Source of the DNA: Rhynchobatus australiae
Lineage: Eukaryota
DNA: 64,000 nt
Assembly: GCA_034780895.1 (NCBI GenBank)
Contig: JAUZTB010000062.1
Coordinates: 31,430,477 to 31,494,476 of the forward strand
Direction of reading: 5' to 3'
The notes beneath the pieces were generated by a model, which was given only the letters and a program-made list of their open reading frames with translations, searched no databases and was not told the origin of the DNA. The translations under genes and the position numbers were made by a program. Position 1 is the stretch's first letter; the number at the start of each line of letters is the position of its first letter. This document shows positions 26,279 through 38,340 of this stretch, piece by piece.

Positions 26279-26800
26279 GCTGTTGGATCAAGATTCTCTC
26301 TCTTTCCTTACCCCTTTTGCTTGCTGCATAGCCTCATTTCATAGAGTGGGGTGTATTCACTGAAAATTCTGCCAGAAGTACGCTTCTTTTACTTCAGATA
26401 AAAATAAAGTGAGATGAGGAAAAAGAGATTTTGAAAGGAAAGCAAAAACTTTTCCTTCTTGATTTTTCAGTGCATTAATGAAAGTTCTGTGGCATTTTAA
26501 CAATGTTGTTCAACTATTTAAACGGATTAAGGATTTAGTCAAAAAGTGCAAACATGTTAACAAATGTATGAAAAATATGAACAGTAGTAAATAAAAACTT
26601 TCCGTGAGAGAAAAGTTATTGCAAAACGGCGTGGAACTCATTCTGCTTAAACTGACAAGTAAACTGGCAAAATACTTGGCTGAAGGGGTCACCATGTTAA
26701 TGGTCTTTTTTACGTGGTTTTATTTGTAAAAAGAGCTTTTCTTTCCTCTAGATTGCTATTCTTAATACACAGACTTTGACTTCTCATTTGCAAGCCTCAC

Positions 26801-26926
26801 CTGCATTATGTGCAGCAACAGCACGAAGAGAAGAACTGACACTGCAGCCCTCGAAGTTTGTAACCGACACAGCCACAGGTTTAAACAGAAATTCTTATCC
26901 TTGCCTCTGTCACCGAAGATCCCCAT
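26801..26926 (-). CDS. glp2r: glp2r coding exon 1 (N-terminus and signal-peptide hydrophobic core), 42 codons
   Basis: ATG in gcaATGG context at 26926, with an in-frame stop and no in-frame ATG upstream. Encodes MGIF...AAVSVLLFVLLLHIMQ and ends at a strong donor CAG|gtgagg (phase 0). Parallels recalled human GLP2R MGIP...LVLLVSIKQ|. Confidence 0.8.
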
Positions 26927-27290
26927 TGCTTCAGAGTAATCTGCATCAAATTCATTGAAGAAGATCCAATTCTCCTCACAGCTCAGAACGATCCACACCT
27001 TTTCCCAAAGTTTGATTATTGAATCCTTCAGGTATCAGCAGTTCCTGCTAGACAGGTCCCCTTTATTTGTATTTGTCCACTCTTAAAAGATCTCTAAATC
27101 TTAACATGACAGATTAAAACAGTTTTATTCATAGTTAACCAAACTCAAAATTAACAAGTAGAGGTGGAAAGTGTCGTGGGATTCCTGTGCAGTCTGCAGT
27201 CCCTAGAAAGAGGACCACAGCTACAGAATCTGCAACTGCCAGAACCTGGTGTTGCCTCACACATCTCACTGACTCCTAAACTGCTCTCTA

Positions 27291-27356
27291 CCAATCACAG
27301 CAAATAACAGGCAGTTACCATAGAAACATGGCCACACAATCATATTGTATTTGCAT
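27291..27356 (-). promoter_or_regulatory. Candidate glp2r proximal promoter module: octamer + RFX X-box + CCAAT box
   Basis: ATTTGCAT at 27349-27356, GTTACCATAGAAAC (X-box-like) at 27314-27327 and CCAATCA at 27291-27297, all in non-repeat DNA 365-430 bp upstream of the ATG. Function is inferred. Confidence 0.5.
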
Positions 27357-28652
27357 ATAAAGTAACTATCTCTGCCACTCACCAGCAAATTGATTGAGCT
27401 ATGCCATGCAACTTTAAAATCATTCTTTACTTATCTCCACTTTATTTAGCTGGTGAATTGATAACATTTGATTTTCTTCCGCATTGTATAAAAAAGGCAC
27501 AATCCTGAAAATCCCCATGTTCTTTTTTATTAAAACCTACATGCATCGTGTCTTATGTGTGCACCCTGTGCAATCTCAGGACTTCACAAGATACCATAAA
27601 GCCATTGAAATATTTTTGAAGGGCAGTCACTTATAACATAGAGAGACGTGGCAAATAATTTGCATATGGAATTCTCCCATAACCAGCAGCAAGATAAGTG
27701 TTGTTCAGATAATGATATAATCAGAAAGCCAGACTGCAGGCAATGTATGTACAATGTCCTGCTTGTAGTAATGCACAGCAACACTTAGAATCAGCACTAT
27801 TGTGGGCCAGAACCTGTCATAAAACACTTTTTAAGTTTCAGCAAATTTGGGACTCCCATATGAACACAAAACTCCACATCTACCCAGGAGTCTGGAAAAC
27901 AAAACGAAAAAGATGCTGGAAATCTGAAATAAAAAGAGAAAATGCTGGAACTGTTCGGTGGTTCAAGCGGCATCTGAGCAACAGAGTTAACATTTCAGCT
28001 TGAAGACCCTTTGGCAGATTTGGGAAAGATAGAAGTTGTTGTTAAGTTACAGAATGGTTGGGGGGGGTTGGATGNNNNNNNNNNNNNNNNNNNNNNNNNN
28101 NNNNNNNNNNNNNNNNNNNNNNNNNNNNNNNNNNNNNNNNNNNNNNNNNNNNNNNNNNNNNNNNNNNNNNNNNNNNNNNNNNNNNNNNNNNNNNNNNNNN
28201 NNNNNNNNNNNNNNNNNNNNNNNNNNNNNNNNNNNNNNNNNNNNNNNNNNNNNNNNNNNNNNNNNNNNNNNNNNNNNNNNNNNNNNNNNNNNNNNNNNNN
28301 NNNNNNNNNNNNNNNNNNNNNNNNNNNNNNNNNNNNNNNNNNNNNNNNNNNNNNNNNNNNNNNNNNNNNNNNNNNNNNNNNNNNNNNNNNNNNNNNNNNN
28401 NNNNNNNNNNNNNNNNNNNNNNNNNNNNNNNNNNNNNNNNNNNNNNNNNNNNNNNNNNNNNNNNNNNNNNNNNNNNNNNNNNNNNNNNNNNNNNNNNNNN
28501 NNNNNNNNNNNNNNNNNNNNNNNNNNNNNNNNNNNNNNNNNNNNNNNNNNNNNNNNNNNNNNNNNNNNNNNNNNNNNNNNNNNNNNNNNNNNNNNNNNNN
28601 NNNNNNNNNNNNNNNNNNNNNNNNNNNNNNNNNNNNNNNNNNNNNNNNNNNC

Positions 28653-28655
<3 letters not shown>

Positions 28656-28708
<53 letters not shown>
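28656..28708. repeat. (GT)n microsatellite
   Basis: Perfect GT run next to a gap. Confidence 0.98.
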
Positions 28709-28709
<1 letters not shown>

Positions 28710-29299
28710 GGATAACTTGGAGGAGCATTTGTTCAAAGAGATGCCATACCAATCAGGAGACCTGTAAGGTGGGCAATGTTACACACTCATGGCATTTTGC
28801 ACACTGTAGAGTGTGCGTTGCTGGCAGTGTGGATGAAGCAGCTGACTCAAGCAATGGACCACCAGAGTGAATGCACAGCCTGTTTGAATGAAGTTATAAG
28901 CAGTTAACTTGCAAGATGAGAGCAGACAATTATGGAAGTCGTGGACTGGGAAGAGGAAGAGACCAGTCTAGTATGTCACTTAAAGGTAACATTCTGTGTA
29001 GTAGGAAAGCAACACAAGGAACTTGAAACATGTGCTGATCATTCAGACTGTGATGGAGGGCTAGAGAGGCAGGGGGTGTGGTCTGTGTTATGTGAGGAAT
29101 GGGAAGGCTTTAGACATGGTGTGGAAGAAGGCGGCAGAGGAAACTGTGGAAGGTGGAGTGAAAGGTGGTATGAGAGTAGAACAAGGGGTAATGTGCCTGG
29201 TACTGCACACAAACCAGCACCAGTGGCCAGGGGAGACAGGCGAATGTTGAACTATGGTGAAGCATACACTCCCTCATAATTAAGGAAAGCATCAAGGAC

Positions 29300-29620
29300 A
29301 GGCACGGTAGTGAACTGGTTAGCGTAACACTATTACAATGCCATTGACCTGAGTTCAATTCTGGCCACTGTCTGTAAGGAGTTTGTACATTCTCCCTGTG
29401 TCTGTGTGGGTTTCCTCCGGGTGCTCCGGTTTTCTCCCACATTCCCAAGACATATGGGTTAGAAAATTGTGGGCATGCTGTGCTGGCGCCGGAATCGTGG
29501 CTGCCAAGCTTGTAGGCTACCCCCAGAACACTCCACACAAAAAGATGCTTTTCACTATGTGTTTCAATGTACATGTGACTAATAAAGACTAATGTGACTA
29601 ATAATCTTATCTTATCTTTA
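29300..29620 (+). mobile_element. V-type SINE (same subfamily as 10933-11230) inserted in the retroviral relic
   Basis: Collinear with 10933-11230 and ends in a (tctta)n tail. Confidence 0.85.
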
Positions 29621-31997
29621 TTTAGAAGTCTTCAGATGGAAAGGAGAAGTGGAAGGACACAGGATTTTGATGTAATGAGTAACATCTGTTTTCAAATCTA
29701 GATGAGATTGTTATAGCTGGGCTACCCAGGACAATAAGAAGGCCTGGCTGTGTTGATGATATGGAAAAGATGATCCATTTAAGATTATGACACAAACAAT
29801 TCAGGGTAATGAGGGACACCCAGAGGGGTTTGTTGGCAGAAACACAAGGACGAGGGTTGGATTGGGATCAATTCACAGGAGACTGTTTCTGCCAATAGTT
29901 GGGAGCTCCTACAGCCCACATGGAACCTGTTGCATGTTAGGATTTGATGTGGGAGATCTTGGCACAACAGAAGCTTTGCTGAGGAATTCATTATACTTTG
30001 GGGGAACAAACTGGACAAGCTCCCACTGATGGGGCCAATAACAGATTGGAGGTGTGGTCCTGCGATCATTTGAGTTCAAACTTTTTGGAATGGTTATCAG
30101 AAAACAAAGCCTGTTAAAGAGAACTTTAACACATATCCCACAGATAAATGGGGCAATAAGGGAGTGGGGGCAAGATGAAGGCCACCCATGGAAGACTATT
30201 TTATTTTTGACAAAATCAGTCATATTACCCCAGATTACAGGGCAGACAGATCTTTTGATTTGAGGTCTGTTATGGATCAGACGTTTAGAACTGAGGAAGT
30301 TTGGAGGTTGTGGAATTGTGGTTGGCGTGGGGTGTTTGAATGTATGTGTTTGCATGATTTATAAGTTACAGCATTCATATTTTTCAAAACTTTAAAACTT
30401 AAGTCTTCATGAAGTATATTTGATTGTCTTTAAAGCTGCCTTGCATGGTTAACCCCTCAAAGTGTATCATATTTTATAGTTGATTTGATTTAATGTGTGC
30501 AGACTAAGTGAGTGTGACATGAAATTTGGAAACTTTATCTTTTTGAATTATAAAAAGAGAAAGTGAGGGTGAGAGAGAGAGTGTGTGAATAAGAGAGAAA
30601 GAAAGAAAAAGCGTTACCATGCTGTAAATAACATTTTTAAAAAAGGAAGAGAATATCTGAGTAAAAACTCCATTTGGTATTTGTTAAATGTATGGTGGGA
30701 GAAAGGAAAGAATTAATTCTGTCTGTCAAGATTAATTATAAACAAGGGAATAGGATGCAACTAATGAAAGGATTCTGTGATATTTAACATGAAGTGATGT
30801 TACAGGACCCCTTATATTTTAAGAGGAAGTGTTGTTGCAAGAAGCTATGTGAATGTATAAGCTGTATGAGGATGTAGCTCTCTGCTTTCAATTCTTCTTT
30901 ATGCTGTGGTATGAGAACTATATGTGATTTTTTAAAGTGATACCGTTTTTTTTTGCAAAGACAGCTAAAGAAGGAAAACGCATCTGGAATTTGTATTTCA
31001 CTGGTTTTAAGCATAAGCCACTTTGCTTCCTTTCCTTATGTTCTTCTTTTGCTTATAATCTATTGTGTTTTGATTAATAAAACTTATTANNNNNNNNNNN
31101 NNNNNNNTAAGGACCTGCATTAATACCGGTCAAGTGCAATTCCAGTTGATCAAAATTGTTTGAGACAATTGGAGGTAATCCCAAATGTTGTCTTCCTTCA
31201 TGAGAACCATTAAAAATAGTCACATTTTTACAATTCTAACTAATTTTCTATTTCAAATTTGCATGGAATTTTAAAAGTTACAAAAATAGCAGATGATGAA
31301 TGGATTAAAGCAAAGATATCTCCATACTCTGTGTTGGGAAAAATTGATTTATATTTGAAATTAGATACAGTTTTATTTTTGATTCAAACTAAACGAATTT
31401 CTTGTATAATCATATGAAGAATTAAGTTGTACTGCAAGGATCTGTTTGAACTTTAAAGAATTAAAGCCTCATAGTACAAATGTTTTTTTTCATTCAGTTG
31501 CAGTTAAGGACTCCTTTTCCCATAGAATGTAAATTAAAATGTATACAGTCAGCTTAGTACCAACTGGAACCTTGAATAAAATGCAGTTTAATTTGGTTAC
31601 TGAGCTTTGGGAGCAAGATTTGGATCGATTTGGGAGCAAGATTATCAAAGTTAATTTCAGTTGTAATCAAATGAGGAGGAACATGAGGAACTGTTGGAGG
31701 AAATGTCATGATGGGTTTTAATGTTATCTGTCTACTCTACCCTTGCTCTCAAACATGAATGTTAGCCCTCAGCCGACAGATCCAAACACGTAATTGGTAA
31801 CCAGGACGATATACATGTCTGGTAAAGCAACAGTGTAAGCTGTATAATCCCAAGGCCTGCACCACATAATGGAAAATGTAATGTGATAGCACAACCACCT
31901 TTTCTGCTTGATTTTGTAGAAAAAGTAACCTCAAGATGCCATAAGGTATTATTACTCTGTGGTTAGCTCATGTTGCTAAAAATACCAGCATGGAATA

Positions 31998-32555
31998 TTG
32001 GATAGACCTCACTTAGAGTACTGTGTCCAGTTCTGGTTGCCTCATTATAGGAAGGATGTGGAGGCTTTGGAAAGGGCGCAGAGGAGATTTACCAGGATGC
32101 TTCCTGGATTAGAGAGTATGGATTATGAGGAGAGACTAAAGGAGCCTGGGCTTTACTCTCTGGAGAGAAGGAGGATGAGGGGAGACATAACAGAGGTATA
32201 CAAAATATTAAGAGGAATAGATAGAGTAGACAGCCAGCACCTCTTTCCCAGGGCACCAATGCACAAAACAAGAGGGCATGGCTTTAAGGTAATGGGTGGG
32301 AAGTTCAAGGGAGATGTCAGAGGAAGGCTTTTCACCCAGAGAGTGTTTGATGCATGGAATGTGCTGCCTGGGGTAGTGGTGGAGGCAGATACATTGGTCA
32401 AGTTCAAGAGATTGTTAGATAAGCATCTGGAGGAATTTAAGATCGAGGGATATGTGGGAGGAAGGGGTTAGATAGTCTTAGGTGTGGTTTGATGGGTGGC
32501 ACAACATGGTGGGCTGAAGGGCCTGTATTGTGCTGTATTGTTCTATGGTTCTATG
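31998..32555 (+). mobile_element. Relatively young 5'-truncated CR1 LINE (157-aa intact RT C-terminus plus 3' UTR)
   Basis: RPHLEYCVQFW.PHYRKDVEALER.QRRFTRMLPG...TRGH...FTQRV...WN.LP, followed by a gttctat tail. Confidence 0.95.
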
Positions 32556-34499
32556 AATCCAAAATCAAGATTTGGGAAGTATTCTGCTGTAAGATAAACA
32601 AGTACTATTGCAGGATATATGTTAACAGTGTACAATCAATGGTTTTACGGACTGGAATGAAATCATGTAATAACTGTAGTGCAGAGGCTAATTCTGCATC
32701 TTGTAGGCGAAGGGAAGTTCCTTTTATGACAGATCTAGGAGAGATGTTAATACTAGAGAGAAGATTTAGCAAAGGAATGGTGTCCAGTCTAATAGTCAGT
32801 AGATGATCGATAGTGTTACTAGGATCCGAAAGCAAGATCACTGCACCTCTGCAGCAAATGCAGGGCATGTGGGAAAGCTACATCAACGTACATCAACGAA
32901 GGGAGTGGGAAACAGAAGGAGTGTTTAAGAAGAGCATTCACCTGCAGGGGAGGGATATCTTTGTAGGTTAATCCAGTCACGTGGAAAAGGGAGAAAGGCA
33001 GTGAGATGTGGGGTTTGTAATCTGAGAAATGAAATTACCAAGTCATCAGAGTGCGCAGCACCCACTGTAAATTTTTCTGTTTAGACTCTCTTCTTGTATT
33101 TAATTTGCTGACAGGGTTTGGGAAATGTGAGGAGTTAGGTCAGCAAACAGGAACCACTCCTAAATGGCCCTAAGCTGAAGGTAGTGCTGCAGGTAGTCAG
33201 GAGAAATGAAGGGAAGTAGGAATTTGTCCGAAAGGAGTTCATGACCATTAAGGATCAGCACGTGGCTTCTCTGGAAGGAGGTGAAATTGCTCCAAGCACC
33301 AAGTTGATAAACTATTGAATGATTAAATGCAATAACTGTCGGAGTTAAAGCAAGGGCAAACTGAAAAGAAGAAAGACAGATCAAATATCACAATTATCCC
33401 AAGAGGGCACCAATTATGGGAAAGGGGGCGTACAATTGAGAGAAATACTTGGATAAGAATTGTGTTTAATTTATTGGTTGTTGATCATTGTGAACCATTT
33501 GTGATATCTGGCGGTTACCGAGAAACAAGAAAAGTGGGAGGAGAAACAGAGGGGAAGGTTAATGCCTGAGGTTTTGGTTCAGCAAGAGCAGGAGAAGGGA
33601 CCGATTGAATGAAGAGTCAGGCATTAGTCACTTCGGGTTGTGCTCCATAGTCAGACGTGCAGGAGAAACACATTTCACTCAAAGTAAATCAATACTNNNN
33701 NNNNNNNNNNNNNNNNNNNNNNNNNNNNNNNNNNNNNNNNNNNNNNNNNNNNNNNNNNNNNNNNNNNNNNNNNNNNNNNNNNNNNNNNNNNNNNNNNNNN
33801 NNNNNNNNNNNNNNNNNNNNNNNNNNNNNNNNNNNNNNNNNNNNNNNNNNNNNNNNNNNNNNNNNNNNNNNNNNNNNNNNNNNNNNNNNNNNNNNNNNNN
33901 NNNNNNNNNNNNNNNNNNNNNNNNNNNNNNNNNNNNNNNNNNNNNNNNNNNNNNNNNNNNNNNNNNNNNNNNNNNNNNNNNNNNNNNNNNNNNNNNNNNN
34001 NNNNNNNNNNNNNNNNNNNNNNNNNNNNNNNNNNNNNNNNNNNNNNNNNNNNNNNNNNNNNNNNNNNNNNNNNNNNNNNNNNNNNNNNNNNNNNNNNNNN
34101 NNNNNNNNNNNNNNNNNNNNNNNNNNNNNNNNNNNNNNNNNNNNNNNNNNNNNNNNNNNNNNNNNNNNNNNNNNNNNNNNNNNNNNNNNNNNNNNNNNNN
34201 NNNNNNNNNNNNNNNNNNNNNNNNNNNNNNNNNNNNNNNNNNNNNNNNNNNNNNNNNNNNNNNNNNNNNNNNNNNNNNNNNNNNNNNNNNNNNNNNNNNN
34301 NNNNNNNNNNNNNNNNNNNNNNNNNNNNNNNNNNNNNNNNNNNNNNNNNNNNNNNNNNNNNNNNNNNNNNNNNNNNNNNNNNNNNNNNNNNNNNNNNNNN
34401 NNNNNNNNNNNNNNNNNNNNNNNNNNNNNNCATGCATGAGTAATATTTGAAGTCTTTACTTTCTTGAATTTCCAGACTCTGGTTTTAAGTTCAGATCCC

Positions 34500-34950
34500 C
34501 ATGATCATGTTGCTCCACCATCTCCAGCACATAAACAAAAAGGTTTCTCCTTATTTCCTGCCAATCTCTCTTGATGCTTTCTTTGGGGAACATTTAATGA
34601 AAATGTATCAGCATCATTCATACCCATTCCAATTTGTGGAGTGGTATTATTTGACATGGAAATGGTTGTGATCATACTTCACTCTGGGAAATGCTATCAA
34701 CTTTTATGTGAGTGGCACTGATAAAGCAGATCTCCATTTATTGGCATTGCGTTTAGAATTTTATCCTTGATAAAGATGTTACATATACAACAGCACATTG
34801 AATTCACCCCCAAAATTCATTACATTGAAGTCACCTGAATCTTGGAGGTGGAATACAATGTCCAATGCATCTGTGCAGAGCATTATTATTACTGACTGGA
34901 AACCCTTATAGGCAGGCATGTTTTAGATTTTAGACTACTGTTTAGAAATG
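34500..34950 (-). mobile_element. Possible decayed L1/Tx1-type APE endonuclease relic
   Basis: Minus-strand VMNFGGEFNVLL (cf. GGDFN) followed by weak RID- and SDH-like remnants. Confidence 0.35.
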
Positions 34951-35517
34951 TCATCTGTTCATCTTACATCTGTTGTACAACAGACGGAAGAAAAGCACTC
35001 ATTGCATAAATGTCTTATATTCAGATAGTGTTACGAGAGTAGCAACTTGCTAAAAGTTTTTACTGTTAAATTCACTGAATTGTAGCAGGACCTGAGCAAC
35101 AGAGATAATGGTGATCTTTTTAGTGTGGAGACCTGGATGCAACTTCACTCTCAAATCGTTTCTTATCAGGTTGAATGAAGATACAGAAGTGCATTGCAGA
35201 GTATCGAGGATCACTAAGATATCAATCATGTTCATAAACCCTATGAAGTGTTTTCCCTTGCTGTCCATGGGTCACGCAGAAACAAATTTAACAACCTGCT
35301 TAATTGAATGATGCATTAGCAATGTAAATAGTTGTAAAGGTTAAGATACACCTCTCAGTTTGCCACACATATGTTTTGTCTCTTGGAAGTAATGACATAC
35401 AGTCCTTTACAGCTACTCACAATGTTGCTGTTTTTAATTATTGCAATCCTCCATTTTTATGGAGGAACTTAACAGAATGGGAAAAAAAACAGGATCAAAA
35501 ATTAGGGGTAAATATTA

Positions 35518-35837
35518 CAGGCCAACCCTGGGTTAACAACACCCGACTTATGAATGGACACTCCTACATACAAACAAACTCTCATAATATTATTAAATTC
35601 AGAAATCTGATGTACATAAGTTAATTCCTATAAACGGCAGGACTAGTTTTCTTCCTCGTCACTTTTAGTAATTATTCTTTCTTATAAGTCTTATATGTGT
35701 TTGATGCCATTCATTACAATACTGTGCAGGTATGGTTAACATATCAAGTGAGTTTTGTGTATTTTCCAACTTATGGACACAATCGACTTTAGGACTTTTG
35801 TACAAATGGAACCCGTTCTTTACCTGGAGATGGCCTG
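35518..35837. mobile_element. Tc1/mariner-pogo (Tigger-like) MITE
   Basis: Imperfect terminal inverted repeats CAGGCCAACCCTGGGTTAACAAC / GTTCTTTACCTGGAGATGGCCTG, flanked on both sides by TA (35516-17, 35838-39). A similar but more decayed element may span ~14935-15450. Confidence 0.8.
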
Positions 35838-36679
35838 TATATTATTAAACAAAAGCAAGATATTGCACATGTTAGGAATCTGAAATACTAGAGAAATGTT
35901 TAAAAAAATGAGCCAATCTGAAGAAAGGTTATTGTTGTGAATTGTTAATAGTTTCTCTCTTCACTGCTGCTGACTGAATGCAATAATTCACTTTCAATGT
36001 TTCTCCTTCCCTCCATTTTTGTAGCTTCTTTCAATAAATAGGTTGTGGTGGGAATCCACTTCCTGCTGCCAAGTTCATAATCAAATACATTACTGGGAGC
36101 TTTTCTTCAAGACATAAGAAAATTATACTTGTAGATCATCGAAAGGTATCACATGGATGCATGCATTACTCTGTGGGTCTAAATCTGATTAGTGTTCTAA
36201 GGAGCAGTCTTGACAGACTGAAAAGTGAAAAAAGAACCACTTTTCTAAAAGAGGAATATTCTTCAAAATAAGGGAATTGCATATTAGGCTCCTCTCCATA
36301 ACTTTAATTTCTTTTCAAGGCAGTTTGCAGTTTAATCAGGAAACACATTGCTGATAAGATGAATCATAAAGTGTTTTGTGAAGGGGAGTAGCATGCCTTA
36401 GGATGAACATTATATCCTTGAATTGCAGGTACATGCATCAGAAATTATGTTGGTTCCCATAATAAGTTCCTGATCTTCAACAGTGAACACTATGTTATCA
36501 TTTTACCACAACAAATAAATCAATATCTATGTTAAATAAACAAGCAGACAAATAACCTATAAATATATTTTGTTTGTACATTAAACTGTGTTTCCAAAAA
36601 GAACATAATCATTGTTTGATAGCTTGGATCTTTTGGGTTGCATGCTGTATTCTTGAAGTGGTAACATTGTGTTACTGCA

Positions 36680-36698
36680 GTGTGTGTGTGTGTGCGCG

Positions 36699-36744
<46 letters not shown>

Positions 36745-36745
36745 C
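36680..36745. repeat. (GT)n microsatellite with GC interruptions
   Basis: Seen directly in the sequence. Confidence 0.97.
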
Positions 36746-37369
36746 ATGCACATGCATGTGTAATTGCCAAGCTATTTTGATTGCATAGCTTTTGATTGAC
36801 AGACAATTGTCCATTGTGAGAAGAAAGAAAAAGAAGCCCAGGGCAAGGAAGCAATGTTTGGTGAGAAATCGGGACCTTTTACATGAGTCACACACCATTN
36901 NNNNNNNNNTGACTAAAACAGCAACCAAGGAACTAACCTCCACGCAACATCTGAAAACACTCACATACTCTACTTTTGCTTTATCATTTTACCAAACAAC
37001 TCACAGGAAGTTAAGTATACAAACACTGAGTATATATGTATTGAGATCACAAGCCCAATACTGATACCATTTACTTATGTTCTCTTCACTGACCGAAAAT
37101 GCAATTAGTCAAATTTGGATTCCCTCGTCTCCACCTGCAACTGCTGCCTAATGGTTTAGACAATATTGGTCAATGTATTAACTTTCTATTCAAGTAGCAG
37201 ATTGTTTTTATTTCTCCAGTATAACAGGAGTTGAATAGAACACACATCAGAGACATCAACCAAAGTAATGATGCCACTCCCACAACTTGGCATGCTAATT
37301 GTGGTTCTAAACCAGATTTGAAGCAGATTTTAAATGGATATGAATGGTGATTATGATATAGCAAGTTAG

Positions 37370-38340
37370 CACGTCCATGTTAGATATGGGCGGAGAAATG
37401 GCAGATGAAGTTTAATCTGGCCTAATGTGAGGTGTTGAACTTTGGGAGATCAAATGTAANNNNNNNNNNAGATCCATAGCAGTACAGAGGGATCTTGGGA
37501 TCTAAGTCCATAACTCACTGAAAGTGGCTTCACAGGTTGATAGGATGGTAAATGAGGCATATGGAATGGTCGCTTTTATTAGTCGAGGCATTAAGTTCAA
37601 GAAACACAAAGCTATATCACAGCTTTATAAAACTCTGGTTATGCCACATCTGGAGTACTCCATTCAATTCTGGTCGCCCCATTACAGGAAGGATGTGGAG
37701 GCTTTGGAGAGGGTGCAGAAGAGGTTTACCAAAGTGCTGCCTGGATTAGAGGGTATGTNNNNNNNNNNNNNNNNNNNNNNNNNNNNNNNNNNNNNNNNNN
37801 NNNNNNNNNNNNNNNNNNNNNNNNNNNNNNNNNNNNNNNNNNNNNNNNNNNNNNNNNNTTACCAAAGTGCTGCCTGGATTAGAGGGTATGTACTATAAGG
37901 AGAGGTTGGACAAACTGGAGTTGTTTTCTCTGGAGTGGCGGAAGCTGAGGGGAGACCTGCTAGAAGTTCATAAGGTAATAAGAGGCACAGACAGAGTAGA
38001 CAGCTGGTATCTTTTTTCCAGGGTAGAAATGTCTAATACTAGAGGGCATGCATTAAAGGTGAGAGGGGGTCAGTTCAAAGGAGATGTACAAGGCAAGTTT
38101 TTTCTTATACAGAGAGTGATGGGTGCCTCGAATGTGCTGCCAGGGGTGGTAGTGGAGGCAAATACGATAGATGTATTTAAAAGGCTCTTAGATAGGCACA
38201 TGAATGTGCAGAAAATGGAGGGATATGGACATTGTGTAGGCAGAAGGTATTAGTTTAGTTAGGTATTTAATTAGTTTAGTACAGCATTGTGGGCTCAAGG
38301 GCCTGTTCCTGTGCTGTACTGTTCAATGTTCTATGTTTTA
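37370..38340 (+). mobile_element. CR1 LINE 3' fragment (~0.9 kb, with gaps)
   Basis: WAEKWQM, LYKTLV.PHLEY..QFWSPHYRKDVEALERVQKRFT and TRGH motifs, plus a CR1 3' tail. Confidence 0.95.

Larger units (their letters stand above)
2310..26926 (-). other. glp2r: Glucagon-like peptide-2 receptor gene, 5' part (coding exons 1-5; continues past the window start)
   Basis: Five minus-strand exons with canonical splice sites and compatible phases (0,1,1,0,2) splice to MGIFGDRGKDKNFCLNLWLCRLQTSRAAVSVLLFVLLLHIMQ|VNGTLLEDTVSNWSLYRDQCLQNLTNSSAKTG|IFCNGTFDQFVCWPASYPGNVSEPCPWYLPWIKPG|STKRVHRYCLDNGSWLTFSNSTVIWRDHSECNEDSQDIQQN|KDQHRLLKTLQLVYTMGYSISLSSLSLAILILLWLR. This gives a signal peptide, a six-Cys hormone-binding domain and TM1. 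It closely follows recalled human GLP2R (IKQ|VTGSLLEET, IFCNGTFDQYVCWP..PGNVSVPCP.YLPW, LQLMYTVGYS), more so than GLP1R/GCGR. Confidence 0.92.
28720..33690 (+). mobile_element. Highly decayed retrovirus-like LTR element (gag-pol fragments), interrupted by a SINE, a CR1 and AT-rich DNA
   Basis: Same-strand motifs in retroviral order: MHR-like TIQGNEGHPEGFVGR (~29796), RT-like NEEEHEELLEEM (31670), connection-like QPTDPN (31770) and KYSAV (~32577), tether-like LILERRFSKGMVSS..SR*SIVLLG (~32747-32824), RNase H DIFVG*SS (32954), KLPSHQSAQ (33032) and LDSLLVFN (33081), and possible integrase zinc-finger remnants (~33390-33500). Confidence 0.6.

Noticed and set aside
26752-27031. Plus-strand exon-like segment with AG/GT borders
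   Set aside because: It has stops in its frames and a weak donor, and it overlaps glp2r exon 1 on the opposite strand, which explains its composition.
27658-27666. Second octamer ATTTGCAT upstream of glp2r
   Set aside because: It falls within a Deu-SINE remnant, so it is probably repeat-derived.
28011-28870. Long ORF-track entries here and at other gaps (e.g. 33605-34450, 45166-45963)
   Set aside because: Their length comes from N-runs and microsatellites, not coding sequence.
37727-37890. Identical sequences on both sides of ~100-N gaps (also 40528/40648, 48140/48270, 50370/50500)
   Set aside because: Exact flank duplication around fixed-size gaps is the signature of unmerged contig overlaps, not biological repeats or target-site duplications.
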